Positions 37,717 through 52,008 of a stretch of DNA of 64,000 bases are shown here, piece after piece (positions within the stretch are counted from its first letter, which is position 1; each line of letters starts with the position of its first letter). The notes beneath the pieces are model-generated. The model searched no databases. It was not told where the DNA came from and saw nothing but the letters and a program-made list of their open reading frames with translations. This DNA is from Adineta vaga (Eukaryota > Animalia > Rotifera), in the NCBI GenBank assembly GCA_021613535.1, contig CP075492.1, positions 15,438,001 to 15,502,000 on the forward strand. Direction: 5' to 3'. The translations under genes and the position numbers were made by a program.

Positions 37717-39030
37717 ATGAATTCTCGTCGATCGAATTATTCCATGGCTAATAATTGCGAATATCGTATTGATTTAAATCCACAAAATAATATTGAAGAA
37801 CTTGAAACAATTGGAGAAGATATTCTTCATCAAGTTCAACCTGCAACAACAACAACAGCAACGACAACTCGAGCATCACCACCACCACCACCGTTAACGA
37901 ATGATATAAACAATGATCATCTTCATCAATTAATAGCATTTCTAAAAGATAATCTAACATCAACATTTCCTTTTGCACTTATTCTTATTCTCAAAGGTTT
38001 TTATGAACATTCAGCAGGTAAGAAAATCTTCAAATTGAATTTACATTGAAAATATTGTTTTATTTGAAGGTATATTGATGGTTATATTCTTTTCTGCAAG
38101 TATCTATCATGCAAATACAGTTTTAGTTCAACAAGCAGCTTTAAAAGTAAAGAATTGAATTTATTGAAAAGATGAATAAAAATCTTTTTGTATTTTAGTC
38201 ATCGCGTCGTTTATGGCCAGTTATTCGAGTGATAATTATTCTGAGTCTTTCTTTGATTCTTTTCCTGTATTTATATCGACAAGAAAAATTCTATTTATGT
38301 CTTATATTTGCTCGGCTTAATTATACTAAATGGGATTTATGGACACTTCTTTGGGTACTTTATTCAACATTTTGTATTGTCAAGTAAATTTTGGGATAAA
38401 AACAAAAATTTGAATTGAATTTAATTTGTTTTAGAATGATTGTGATGATTTTGAAAAGTTTATTAATTGTTTATCCAATTAAAAGTGATAAAAACAAATT
38501 TTGTTTAACATATCGTAAACGTGGATCATATTTTTCTTTCATGGAATATCTATCTCAATTTTATATAAGTTTATTAACAATTCGTCCATGGATACATTTT
38601 CTCTTAGATAATAATCAAGAAAAATATGTTTTTTCAACAATACTTTTAATATTATATTCAATTATAAAACTTTTCAATGTTTACAAAAGTCTTGTTCAAT
38701 TACGTCATTCATTAAAAGAAGCATTTCAAACTCTTCCATTTCCATCAGCATCAAATAATGATTTACGAGAAACGATGTGTCCTATTTGTCAATCAGAATA
38801 TCAAGATCCAATTGTTTTAACATGCAAAGTTTGTCTCTTTTTTTCTCTCCTTCTCGAAAGAATATGTATTGATTGAATTTAATATATTTTATTAGCATGT
38901 CTTTTGTGAAGAATGTGTTACATCATGGCTTGATCGAAATGCTTCATGTCCACTTTGTCGATGTAAATTACCAATTGGACAAGCAAATTATCGTGATGGA
39001 TTTACTTCGGGATATTTAATTTGGTACTAA
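37717..39030 (+). CDS. RING finger and transmembrane domain-containing E3 ligase (RNFT1/RNFT2-like)
   Basis: Multiple TM exons, then the C3HC4 RING CPICQ..CK|HVFCEECVTSWLDRNASCPLCR and terminal YRDGFTS. Confidence 0.85.
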
Positions 39031-39262
39031 AAAACCAATTTTTTTCCCTTTTTCTTTTCTTTATTTTAAATAAATATAAATAATTAACAAGAAAATCGAT
39101 GTTCGAGTCATTATTCGATTGTCGAATAAAACTCTGCTAATTCATCTACAATATAATAGAAATGACGAAATTAAGTATTGTAATTCGAAGAAAAATTAGA
39201 AATCTTTCATTAGAATTTGATGATGACAACATTTATATAAAGTTCTTTTGAGAATAAGTACT

Positions 39263-40243
39263 TCAACGTATTACTGTTTGATGTCTTCTTGAAACGCTAT
39301 GATCGACATTTATATGACGAATTTTTTGATAATTTGTAAGAATTAATTGTTTCCAATCTTCACGAAATGATGCTGATGAAATGTAATATGTATAGAATGG
39401 TGCTGCACTAAAAATAAATATCATCAAAAATGTTGCATTTAATGCAAAATATTCAATTTGAAGAAGTTGTACACTTTTATTTGGTAGAATAAATTGAGTA
39501 ATCATTCTTTCAAGATACATTATTGTCATTGGACTAGTTGTTATTATATAAATAATTACTTCACTCATAACAAGAATTAATAAATCTCGATCTCGTCGTT
39601 TTAAACAATTATTTCTTTGATTTAATTCTAGACCTGTTGATTGAATACGATTACGCAATTGTTTCATATTTTTATAAGTTAAATAAGCAAATACACATAT
39701 TATAATCGATGGAACTAATCCAATAAATATGACAGCATAAAAACCATAAAATGTACCATAATTGCCCGACGTCGCACATTGACCATTGTTCATATTTAAC
39801 CATATAAGCGTATGACTAGCAGCAATTGTCCAAAAAAGAAAAATAAAGAAAGTGAAATATTTTGCTCGTTTCAATGTGCTAAATGCTCTAAATGAAGTAC
39901 GACTACTTGTGATCATATAACGATCGATACATGCAAATATTAGAAGAGTTTTTGTAACTTGTCCAAGAAATGATGGAATAAACATTGAAAGTCGACATAA
40001 AATCAATGAACGCATTGTATCATCAGTATAAGAATATGAATAAATTCGAAATAAACCACTAATTGTTAAATAAAGAATATTTGTTACAGCTGAATTCATT
40101 AAATAAATTGAACAAGCATTGCGCTTTTGTCGATAAAAAATTATAAGTGTGAAAATATTACCAATATTTCCAACGACGAGAACAATTGGATAAACATAAA
40201 AATTCATTTGAATTTGGATCAGTGGTAATATTGATGTTGACAT
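39263..40243 (-). CDS. Rhodopsin-like GPCR (peptide-receptor-like), intronless
   Basis: GNIGN in TM1, CSIYL, ACIDRY, PFYTY..SASFR; seven TM segments. Confidence 0.82.
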   Translation of the reverse strand: MSTSILPLIQIQMNFYVYPIVLVVGNIGNIFTLIIFYRQKRNACSIYLMNSAVTNILYLTISGLFRIYSYSYTDDTMRSLILCRLSMFIPSFLGQVTKTLLIFACIDRYMITSSRTSFRAFSTLKRAKYFTFFIFLFWTIAASHTLIWLNMNNGQCATSGNYGTFYGFYAVIFIGLVPSIIICVFAYLTYKNMKQLRNRIQSTGLELNQRNNCLKRRDRDLLILVMSEVIIYIITTSPMTIMYLERMITQFILPNKSVQLLQIEYFALNATFLMIFIFSAAPFYTYYISSASFREDWKQLILTNYQKIRHINVDHSVSRRHQTVIR

Positions 40244-41160
40244 TGTTATTAATGATTAGAATTATGAAAGATAAAACTTTGTATTAGGCTTAAAAAAGAA
40301 TGAAGAAATGTAAGTTATACGAAGCAGGGCATATTTTCGAAAGGAACTCATTTATCAACAGGGATCATTAAAATTATCGAACCCCATGGATGTTAGCATA
40401 TTCATACAGAAAATCCTTATCTTATTTCACGAACAAAAGATAATAATCAGTCAATAGCAGGAGGACGTGTGATTACAAAATTATCATCTACCAGCCTAGC
40501 ATCTTAATCCCGTTTCATGGATAGTTAAAGCAAAAAATTGAAATATACAAAAGATGACAATAACATAATTAAAGATTCCCTTGATCTAAAATATATTTCT
40601 CGTTTTTCTACACGTGACCAGCCACTGGTTTCTGAAACTTTGCTATGATACGGGATACATTCTATCTATTCTCCTGAATCTAAGTTATCACTTGTAAATA
40701 TTTGATCTTAATTCTCATCATTATGAGATGTTCATTGATTAACGATCAGGGAAACGGAAATACGATACAAGGCTAATCGACAGTATTTCTGTAGATGCAC
40801 ACTCTCCAGCCATCAGCTGATCATTATCAAATATGAGTCTTTAGTAACAATCAAGTTTCCTTATTTCACCTGAAACTTTAATTAAAATGACGTGAAATTA
40901 ATTATCAACTGATAAGAATAAAGAAACATTTAAAATACTCTCCGAATCGTCCATATATAGGAAATTTCCGCAAATGACTCAATCAAACGTTATAGTCATG
41001 ATTTTCTACCTGTAAACATGCTTTGATTTTTATAACATCGAGCGTCGAAAATTTTTTGTATCATAACAGAACGTAAAAAAAAACTTCCTCCATTTTTGTC
41101 TCTTTCTGTTGACAACAACCTGTGCATGTTGGAGTCTTTTTTTTCTCCACCTTAAAAAAC

Positions 41161-44100
41161 ATGGCCAAACGACCTGATGAAAATAATTTGATTTATATTT
41201 GGCTTGATGATGAAAGAATTCGCTCGAAAGAATATCTCAATGTTCAACAAGAATTTCCAACACTTTTTAAATCTTTTCAAACATTCAACAATTCCGATGA
41301 GTGTATAGATTTCATTACTGATCTTTTCGATACAAAAATCATCTTAATTACTTCAAATATCTTAGGAAAACTTATTATTCCATTGATTCATTCATGTAAA
41401 CAAATTCATTCGATTTATTTATTTCATTCGAATATTCAATCTGATCAGATTTGGATAAAAACCTATCCGAAAATTTTACAAATATTCGACGATATCAAAC
41501 TAATTTGTAATCGATTTCAAGAAATTCGAAATGAATATAGAAACGATCCAATTGCATTGACATTTCTTTCCTCGTCAGATGTTACTGCAACCGATCGAAA
41601 TCGACAAGATCCATCGTTTATGTATTTTCAATTATTAAAAGATATTATTCTTAATGATCTATCGGATGAAAAGGAAGAAGAAACGAAATCAGATATGATT
41701 AATTATTGTCGAAGTATTTTTGCGAAAAGTCCAATAGTATTGGATATAATAAATGAATTTGAAAAAGATTATCGTCCTGATTCATCGATTTATTGGTATA
41801 CGAGAGAATGTTTTCTTTTTAAAATGTTAAATAAAGCCTTGTGGACACCCGAACCTGATGTTATATATCGATTAAGATACTTTCTTCGACATCTTCATGG
41901 ACAAATTTCCATTTATGCTCAATCACAACGTGATCATCTATCGAAAATGATTGTGTACCGTGGACAATCGATGTCAACAAATGAAATTGAAAAATTAAAG
42001 AAAAATATTGGTGGATTTCTTTCATTTAATAACTTTTTATCAACATCACTTCAACGTGATATTGCTATGAAATTTCTCTGGGGATCAGAAATCGGTGTTC
42101 TATTCGAAATTCATATTGATCCATCGATTGAAAAGTTTCCCTATGCAAATATTGAACAATTATCTAATCATCAAGGAATTCTCGGTGAACGTGAACTTCT
42201 CTTTTCCATGGGAACAGTCTTTCGTATTGTTGAAATTTTGAAAGAAAATGACTTTTATCATGTTCAATTAATTCTTAGTGATGAAGTTGATCAACAATTA
42301 GAATCTTATACAACAGTTACTCGTGAAGATACTCGTTCTTCACATTCATTTTTATCACTTTTGAAATTAATGAATGAATTAGGACAATTAAATCGAATTG
42401 ATCAATTTGCACAGATGCTTCAAGATCAAGTTTTATTGAATCTTCATCCATCAATGCTTGCATCTATACATCATGCATTTGGAATGATTTATCATTCTCG
42501 ATCACAGTCAAATGAAGCTTTAGATCATTTTCATCAAAGTTTAAGTATTTATTTGAATATTTTACCTAATAATCATCCAAAATTATCACCAACTTATAAT
42601 AATATGGGTTCAGTTTATTTATCTCAATTAAATTACGAAAAAGCTTTAGAATTTCATCAATTAGCTTTAGATTGCCAATATAATTCATTGAATCCAAATC
42701 AAGCATCAATTATTGCTTATATCAATAATATTGGATCAATTTATTATCGACAAGAAAATTATCAAGAAGCATTATATCATCATAAACATGCTTTAGACTT
42801 ACAAAAACAGTTTTTTGGTGAACGTAATCCAGAATTGACGAATACTTACAATATAATTCGAGCAATTTGTTTAAAACTAGGTGATTATGAACAAGCAAGT
42901 TAGTTTCATAAGCGACTTTCTTCTCTTCGACGAATATTTTCTCTTTGTTTCTTTTTTATTGCATAGGTTTTTATCATGATAAAACTCTTGAATTACAAAC
43001 TATTGCATCTCAATTAGATCCAACAGCATTAGCAAATTGTTCAATAACAACCGGTGCTGCTTGTCTTTCACATGATCAATATGATGATGCATTAATTCAT
43101 TTTAAACATGCATTAGAAATTGAACAACAATATTTCTTACCAAATAATCCATCATTAGCAAAAACATATAATTGTATAGCAAGTACTTTATATAAAAAAC
43201 GTCAATTCAAAGAAGCTTTATCTTATTATACTAAAGCATTAGAAATAGAATTAACTTCTCTTTCAAATCCTCACCCATCGATTGCAACGAGTTATCATAA
43301 TATTTCAACAGCATATGCTGGCTTAATAGAATGGCCGAATGCATTAGAATATTCAACCAAAGCTATTGATCAATTAAAAAAATGTTTGGAAGTAGATCAA
43401 ACTACTTTAGCATTATTTATTCATCATACAGGATATATTTATCTTCAACAAGAAATATATGACAAAGCATTGAATTATTTTCAACATGCACTCGATATTC
43501 AACAACAATATTTATTATCGAATGATTTATCTTTAGCTACAACAAATAATCATATTGCAAGAAGTTATTTCAAACAAAATCGATTTGAAGAATCTCTTCC
43601 GTACTATCTCAAAGCATTAGAAATTGAACAGAATTCTTTACCAAATAATCATCCTTCGATCGCCACTAGTTATCATAATATTTCAACAGCATATGTTGGA
43701 CTTGAACGATGGTCCGATGCTGAGAAATATGCATTGAAATCTGTTGAACAATTGAAAAGTTCATCTGATGCTGATCAAACAACATTAGCAGCATTTATTC
43801 ATTATGTTGGATATATTTATCATCAACAAAATCAAAATGAACAAGCGTTAATATATTATGAACAAGCAGTTGATCTTTATCGTCTATATTCATTCGAAGA
43901 TGATCCATTCTTAGCTGTGATTTATCATCGAACTGCTAGTGTTTATTATCAATTGAAAAGATATGATGAGGCACTTGTTTTGTATCAAAAAACCTTAAAT
44001 ATTGAATTAAAAACATTACCTGATAATACACAAACTATTGCTACAACATATTCGAATCTTTCAACTGCATATTTAGGTTTGAAACGATACGATGAAGCAT

Positions 44101-44252
44101 TATTTGCAGCTGAATTAGCGATAGATCAATTACGAAAAACTTTACCAAGTAATCATTCAGAACTTGTTCGATATCAAACTTATCTCATGGCTATTGAAAT
44201 GAGTAAATCATCGAACATAGATATTACACAATTTTTTTCTATTTCTCATTGA
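41161..44252 (+). CDS. Receiver-like domain + ADP-ribosyltransferase + long TPR array, paralog A
   Basis: Two exons joined by phase-1 intron 42899-42966. YRGQ, FLSTS and ERELLF motifs. About 42-aa TPR repeats (HPSIATSYHNI). Confidence 0.88.
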
Positions 44253-44717
44253 TTATTTGAAATATATTATCAATGAAATTATATATATATATATAGTACA
44301 TTAAGTGAATAGTAATAAAGATTTTGTATCGTATAAAATTTCAACATTCAACTGAACTATGAATACTATGCCTTTAATCGTATGATATATTTACTCACTA
44401 TATATTGTGAAATTTGCTAGATTAAATAACACTTTGGAATTGGAACAATATCAAGCGATGTTTATCACATTTAGAACTTGGTTTTACTGATTAAACAAAA
44501 GATTGAATAATTAAATGTTTTGTTCTATTCTGTTCTTCCGTCGTGAGTTTTCTTTTTTCTGTCATCTCTACCTATAGTCATGTGGTATGACTAAAGTCAA
44601 TAAAAATATTCTTAAGAAGAAAAGAAGAAAGGTGTATATGCTGTTTAATGTAATGTAGGCATTCTCCAACAACGAAATTATTCTTTTTTTCCAAGCCAGT
44701 ATTGATATAACGCGTAA

Positions 44718-47396
44718 ATGTTACCAAAAACGAATGATACACAATTAATATGTGTTTGGCTTGATAATCAATTACTTCGATCGGAAGAATATCTTAATGC
44801 TCAAGAAGAACTTCAAACTCTTTTCGAAACATTTCAATCTTTTAATAATTCCGATGATTGTACAGATTTTATTACTGAATATTCAGATATCAAAATAGTA
44901 TTGATAATTTCAAATGTTCTCGGGAAACTTATTATACCATTGATTCATTCATGTAAACAAATTCAATCGATTTATATATTTTATTCGAATAAATCAATTA
45001 GTGATGATTGGACAAATGATTTTTGTAAAATCAAAGGAATATTCAATGATTTTCAATTACTTTGTGAAGAATTTAAACCTCATACTATCGAATCCGAGGA
45101 AAATCTAACTGGTATTTCTTTTCTTTCATGTTCAGATGATATCAATCGACAAGATCCATCATTCATGTATTTTCAATTATTAAAAGATATTATTTTCAAT
45201 GATACATTGGAAGAATCAGAAGAAGAAACGAAATTAAATATGATTAATTATTGTCAAAAAGCGTGTGCTGATAGTCAAATTTCTTTGAAAATCTTAGATG
45301 ATTTTCGAAAATCATTTATTCCTGAACTTTCAATTCTTTGGTATACAAAAGAATGTTTTCTTTTTAAAATGTTAAATAAAGCCTTGTGGACACCCGAACC
45401 TGATGTTATATATCGATTAAGATACTTTCTTCGACATCTTCATGGGCAAATTTCCATTTATGCTCAATCACAACGTGATCATCTATCAAAAATGATTGTG
45501 TACCGTGGACAATCGATGTCAACAAATGAAATTGAAAAATTAAAGAAAAATATTGGTGGATTTCTTTCATTTAATAACTTTTTATCAACATCATTTAATC
45601 GACGTGTAGCTGAAACATTTTTATTCGGATGTCCAAGTGGAGTTTTATTTGAAATGGAAATTGATCCAACAATACAAAAATTTCCATTTGTTAATACAAA
45701 AGAATTAACTTATTTAGGAGATTCGGATTTCGAACAAGAACTTCTCTTTTCTATTGGTAGTGTGTTTCGAATTTTAAAAATCGAAAAACAAAATCATTTC
45801 TATCGAGTTCGATTAAAACTTAGTGATGATGTGGATGAACGATTAGCGAATTATGCAATGATTACACGAGAAGAAACTCGTACAACACATTCGTTTTTAT
45901 CACTTTTAAAATTAATGGATGAATTAGGACAATATGGAAGTGTTGATCGTTTCGCTCAAATGCTTGAAGATGATATTGGAATATCTTTAAATCTAAATTT
46001 ACGTGGTTCTATTCTTCATATGTTTGGTATAATTTATTTGAAACGAGGTCAATATAAAGATTCTCTGGATTATTTTGATAGATCATTGAATGTTTATTTG
46101 ACTTTTCTATCAGCTGATAGCGCAAAGTTATCACCAACGTATGCTTGTATTGGTTCTGTTCATTCTCGTCAATCAAATTATGATAAAGCGTTGACTTTTT
46201 TTCAATTAGCTTTAGATTGTCAAACAAATTCAGTTGAACCAAATATATCATCGCTTATTTATTATACACAAAATATTGCTCATACTTACAGTTCCATTGG
46301 AAAGAATAATGAAGCTTTAGATTATTATAAACGTGTTTTACAATTGCAAAAACAATATTTAGGTGACAATGATCCATCTATAGCAACAACATGTAGCTCA
46401 ATAAGTACACTTTGTTTGCGACAAGGTGATTTCATGGATGCTCGTTCGTTTCATCACTGCCATTTGACTTGATTAGTTTTTGAATAATTCTTTTCTATTT
46501 CAGTGACGTATATGATGCAATCTGGTTCATCGAGATCCAACGATCATAGTGCCAGTTTAGATCCAAATGCTGCAGCTGATTCTTCTATACAATCGGGTAA
46601 TCATGCTCTGTCAAAGGAAAACTATGAAGAAGCATTGAAACATTTCCAGCATGCCTTAGAACTTCAACATCAATTTCTTCTACCAAATCATCCATCGTTA
46701 TCCGAAACTAATCATCGAATTGCTAAAGTATATTACAAACAAAATCGATTTGAAGAATCTCTTCCTTTTTATCTGAAAACATTAGAAATTGAACAAAATT
46801 CATTAGCAAATGAGCATCCATCGATTGCAACTACTTATCGTAATATTTCGAAAGTTTATGCCGGCTTAAAACGTTGGTCTGACGCAGAGAAATATGCATT
46901 TAAAGCTGTTGAACAATTGAGAAAATCATCTGAACCAGATCAAAATACATTAGCTTGGCTTATTTTTCATGTTGGATCAATTTATCATCAACAACATCAA
47001 TATGAAAAAGCACTCATACATTATGAAGAAGCTCTACAACTTCATCGTCTTTATTCACCTGATGATGATGCTTCATTAGCGGGTGCTTACCATCGAACTG
47101 GTGATGCGTATTATCAATTAAATAGATATGAAACTGCTCTTGTTCATTTTCAAAAAACATTGGATATTGAATCTAAAACTTTATCAGATAATGCACAAAC
47201 CATTGCACATACTTATTCATCTTTAGCTGCTACTTATCTTCATTTAAGACAGTACGAAGATGCATTAGTAGCAGCTGATCAAGCAATTCATCAACTACGT
47301 AAAACTCTACCAGAGAATCATCCCGAAGTTGTTAAACTTCGAGATAAATCCGACGCTATTAAACAGAGACAGCAAAGCGATCGATTTATTTATTGA
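44718..47396 (+). CDS. Receiver-like domain + ADP-ribosyltransferase + TPR array, paralog B
   Basis: Phase-1 intron 46444-46503. YRGQ, FLSTS and EQELLF motifs. TPR repeats. Confidence 0.88.
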
Positions 47397-47690
47397 AAAA
47401 ATTTCATAATGTGACATTGTTCATAAATAAATAGATTATCAAATATTATTTCGCTTTTGTTGAAATCAAATTCAGATTAGACAGAATGATTTGAATTGTT
47501 GATTTTACTTTAAATATAAAGAAGATGACGTGTAAGTTTATGTTCTTTTCTTTTCTTTTTGTCACAGAACATTGTTTTCTCTCGTTCTTTCATCGGAAGA
47601 ACAAAAGAAAAGTCAACGTACGTTTTATCTTGGTTTTTTCCGTCTGAAAACAAACCTCAGTCTTCATCAGTCTCTTTTTCATTACAGAAA

Positions 47691-50354
47691 ATGATTGATA
47701 AACAATTAACATGTGTTTGGTTTGATAATCAATTACTTCGTTCAGAAGAATATCTCAATACTCAAGAAGAAATTCAAACTCTGTTCGAATGCTTTCAATC
47801 GTTTAATAACTCGCAGCAATGTATGGAATTTCTTACAAATCGAACGGAAAGAAGTATACTTCTTATTACTTCAAATACTTTGGCTAAAAATCTATTACCA
47901 ACTATTCATTCTTTCGATCATATCGATTCTATTTACATATTTTCAGTAAAGAAATCCTCCGATGAACAATGGATCAAAGCATATTCCAAAATTCAAGGAA
48001 TTGTTCATGATATTAAATTGATTCCTGAACAAATTCAACGAAATAGAAATAAAAATCAACAAGATCCAATTGCACTATCATTTGTATCATCAACAGATCT
48101 CATCTCTCAAGATCAAAATCGACAAGATCCATCGTTTATGTATTTTCAATTATTAAAAGAAATCTTTTTGCATGATTATCAATTAGAATCTGAAGAACAA
48201 ACGAAATCAGATATGATAAATTATTGTCGAGAAGTTCATGTTGATAATCCAACTGAAATTGTTATCTTAGATGAATTTGAAAAAGATTTTATTCCTGAAC
48301 TTTCAATCTATTGGTATACAAGAGAATGTTTTCTTCATCGAATGTTAAATAAAGCTTTATGGAAATTAGAACTCGATGTTTTGTATAAATTAAGATATTT
48401 TCTTCGATATCTTCATCAACAGATTATATCCGAAGCAGCAGTTCAACGTAAAAATCTATCGAAAATGATTGTTTATCGTGGACAGACGATATCCGCGGAT
48501 CAAATCGAAAAATTAAAGAAAAATCGCGGTGGATTTCTTTCATTTAATAACTTTCTATCCACATCACTTCAACGTGATATTGCTTTAAATTTTATCTTTG
48601 GATCTAAACTTGCTGTTCTATTTGAAATGCATATCGATCCATCTGTACAGAATATTCCCATTATTAATATTGAACAAATTGCTTATTTACAAAAAGAAAC
48701 ATGTGAACATGAATTACTAATTTCAATGGGTAGTGTCTTTCGTATTGTTAATATTGATCAAGAAAATGATTATTATCGTGTTCAATTAACATTGAGTGAA
48801 AATCTTGATGAACAATTAGCAGCATATACAGATGTAACTCGAGAAAAAATTCAATCACCTCATTCGTTCTTATCATTGGTAAAATTAATGCATACTGTAT
48901 CAGAATATTCTTATCTTGATCGATTTGCTCAAATTCTTCATGATGATATATCATTAAATAGTAATTTCCTAATATCTGGTGCTCTTTATCATTTATTTGG
49001 TTTAATTTATTTAAATCGAGGACAAAATAAAGACTCTTTAAAACATTCAGAAAAAGCCTTGGAAATTAATTTAACTTTTCGTCCTGCAAATCATCATACA
49101 TTAACACCAACTTATAATAATATTGGTTGTGTATATTTAGCACAATCAAATTATGAAAAAGCTTTAGAATATCAACAATTAGCTTTAGATTGTGAATTAA
49201 ATTCCAAACAACCGAATGCTTCATCCATTATTCTTTATACAAATAATATTGGCAAGATTTATAGTCAACAAGGAAAATATGATGAAGCAATTGCATGTCA
49301 TCAACGTGCGTTAGAACTACAACAACAACATTTAGGTGAAAATGATTCATCACTTGCAGAAACTTACAGATTGATTAGTGCAACGTATTACAATCAAAAA
49401 GATTTCGAACAAGCTAGTAAGTAAATCATCATGATTTCCTTTCTTAATCTTCTTTTCTATCTATTAGATTTATATCATCAAAAAGCTATTGCATTAGAAG
49501 AAACAACATTAAAATTAGATCCGAAATCTGCATCTGATCATTCGATAAAACTTGGTTTGAAATGTCATTCAAAAAAACAATATCAAGAAGCATTAACCCA
49601 TTTTCAACATGCCCTCAATATTCAACAACAATATTTTCTATCGAATCATCCATCTTTAGCTACAACAAATAATCACATTGCTCGAGCTTATTACAAACAA
49701 AATCGATTTGAAGAATCTCTTCCGTACTATCTCAAAGCATTAGAAATTGAACAGAATTCTTTACCAAATAATCATCCTTCGATCGCCACTAGTTATCATA
49801 ATATTTCAACAGCATATGTTGGACTTGAACGATGGTCTGAAGCGGAAGAATATTCTTATAAAGCTGTTGAACAATTAAGAAAAACGATTCAAACAGATGT
49901 AAATACATTTGCATCATTTGTTCATCATCTTGGATATATTTATGATGAACAAGAAAAATATGAACTAGCAATAATTTCATATCAAGAAGCACTTGAATTA
50001 TATGAAACACATTTATCATCTGATGATCCATCATTATTTGTTGTTTATCATCGAACTGCAAGAACTTATTATCGTTTACGTATGTATACTGAAGCCTTGA
50101 TTCTTTATGAGAAAACGTTAAATATTGCTTCGAAATATTTACGTGATCACGATAAACAAGTTGCAACAATTTATTATGATCTTTCTTTAACTTATGCGAA
50201 ATTGAAACAATTCGATGAAGCTTTCATTGCTGGTGAACAAGCCATTGAACAATTACAAAAGACTTTACCTAATAATCATCCTGATATTGGTCAATATCGA
50301 GTTCATTTAGACTTCATTAAACAACAACAAATACTTGCAAAACAAAATCAATAA
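47691..50354 (+). CDS. Receiver-like domain + ADP-ribosyltransferase + TPR array, paralog C
   Basis: ATG 47691, phase-1 intron 49417-49467. YRGQ, FLSTS and EHELLI motifs. TPR repeats. Confidence 0.88.
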
Positions 50355-50635
50355 TATGATTCATTTATATGAAAAAAAAGCCATTTCTCTATTTTATTTT
50401 CTACAAGGATGAACAGGAAAGGAAGAATAAATGTAAATGAAAACTATTCATGCATAGCATCACGTTGTCCTCTCATTGCCTATATAATTTGGTTTTGATT
50501 TCTTTTTTCTCTTCATCAAATAAAATAATGATTCCCAACATTATTGTTAGTGAGTCAATTGAAACAGACGATGATATTCCTCAACCAATTATTAAATCAT
50601 CAAAAGGGTTGAGTCAACTTTTCTATTGAAAAAAC

Positions 50636-52008
50636 ATGTACAGTATGATTTCTTTTAGGAAAACAGCACAGATCGTATGTTTCACATTGATTGTTATTAT
50701 GAACTTGAGTTCGTGGATTGATCTATATGGTGTATTTACGGAATTACCATTAATCATTCCATTAACACCAGAAGGATGGACGTTACCATCTGTTATGTCC
50801 ATATGTGTCACTGTAGCAAATATAATGCCAGCACTAGTGATATTTTTACGTTGGTATCAAGGAAAACGATTTTCAGAAATTCCTTATATTTATATAATTA
50901 TAATTATTGGAATACTTGCATCACTAATATTTGCATTATTTTGGAAAGAAACGATTTATTTATTTGGTCGCCAACGAAGTATTTGGATAATTGGATGTGT
51001 GTTTGCATTATCAATGCTTGATAATACATCATCACTTGTTTTTTTTGATTATATGAAACGATTTCGTAGTCACTATTTAAGTGCAGCTTTTCTTGGCGAA
51101 GGTTTGACAGGTGCCATTCCAACATTGTTATTGTTATTACAAGGAATTGGTGGTGAAGCTATTTGTGTAAAAACGAATAATGGTACTTTTGATAAACCTA
51201 CGTTTACTGAACCACGATTTAGTGTTACTGTATTTATGTTTATTATTACATGTATTATTCTGGCATCTTTAATTGCATTTCTCATTCTTCGATGGACAAA
51301 TATCATTTCATTAGCTGATGCTGCAGAACCAGTAGGATATTTTTGATTTCTTATTTTATTTCAATGAGATATTTATAGGTAAAAGAACAAGATAATACGG
51401 GGGAAAGTGTTCCAATGATTGTTATAAATGATTCGATTCAATTATCAACACCAACATCCACGTCAATGGAACAAATAACAGAAAAATCATTTTTTCTTCT
51501 TCTTTTTATTAATACTTTTAATTCATTGATATTATTTGGTATTCTACCACCGTTAGTTACCTATATAGTTTTACCCTATGGACAAAAAGCACTTTATTAT
51601 TCAAGTTTTCTTGGTACATTAGGATACTCATTAGTCTTGTTATTGAATGTAAAACGACCATATCTATCAATGCATCAGACTATTCTCGGCTCAATATGTG
51701 GATGTATTCTTGCTTCATTTTTGATTATAATTGCTGTTCAAAGTCCATGTCCATGGTGGGCCGATACTGTACATGGTGCTTTCATTACAGTATTTATTCA
51801 TTTTATATCGACAATGTTCATTGCTTATATACGAATAACTATTGGAAATCGAATTAAAGATCATTGGTCAAATGAAAAAGGTCTTTTCTATTTTGGTATT
51901 ACTATTCAATTAGGTTCAGTCATCGGTACTATTCCAATATTTCTATTGGTCAACGTTTTTGAAGTATTTGTTGCACGAGAACCGTGTCAAACTTATTGTA
52001 TTAAATAA
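50636..52008 (+). CDS. Riboflavin transporter (SLC52A family)
   Basis: SSWIDLYGVFTELP..PEGWTLPS, TSSLVFFDYM, FLGEGL, PRFSVTVF, SPCP, G..IQLGS..G..P.F.LVN. Intron at about 51332-51378. Confidence 0.88.
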
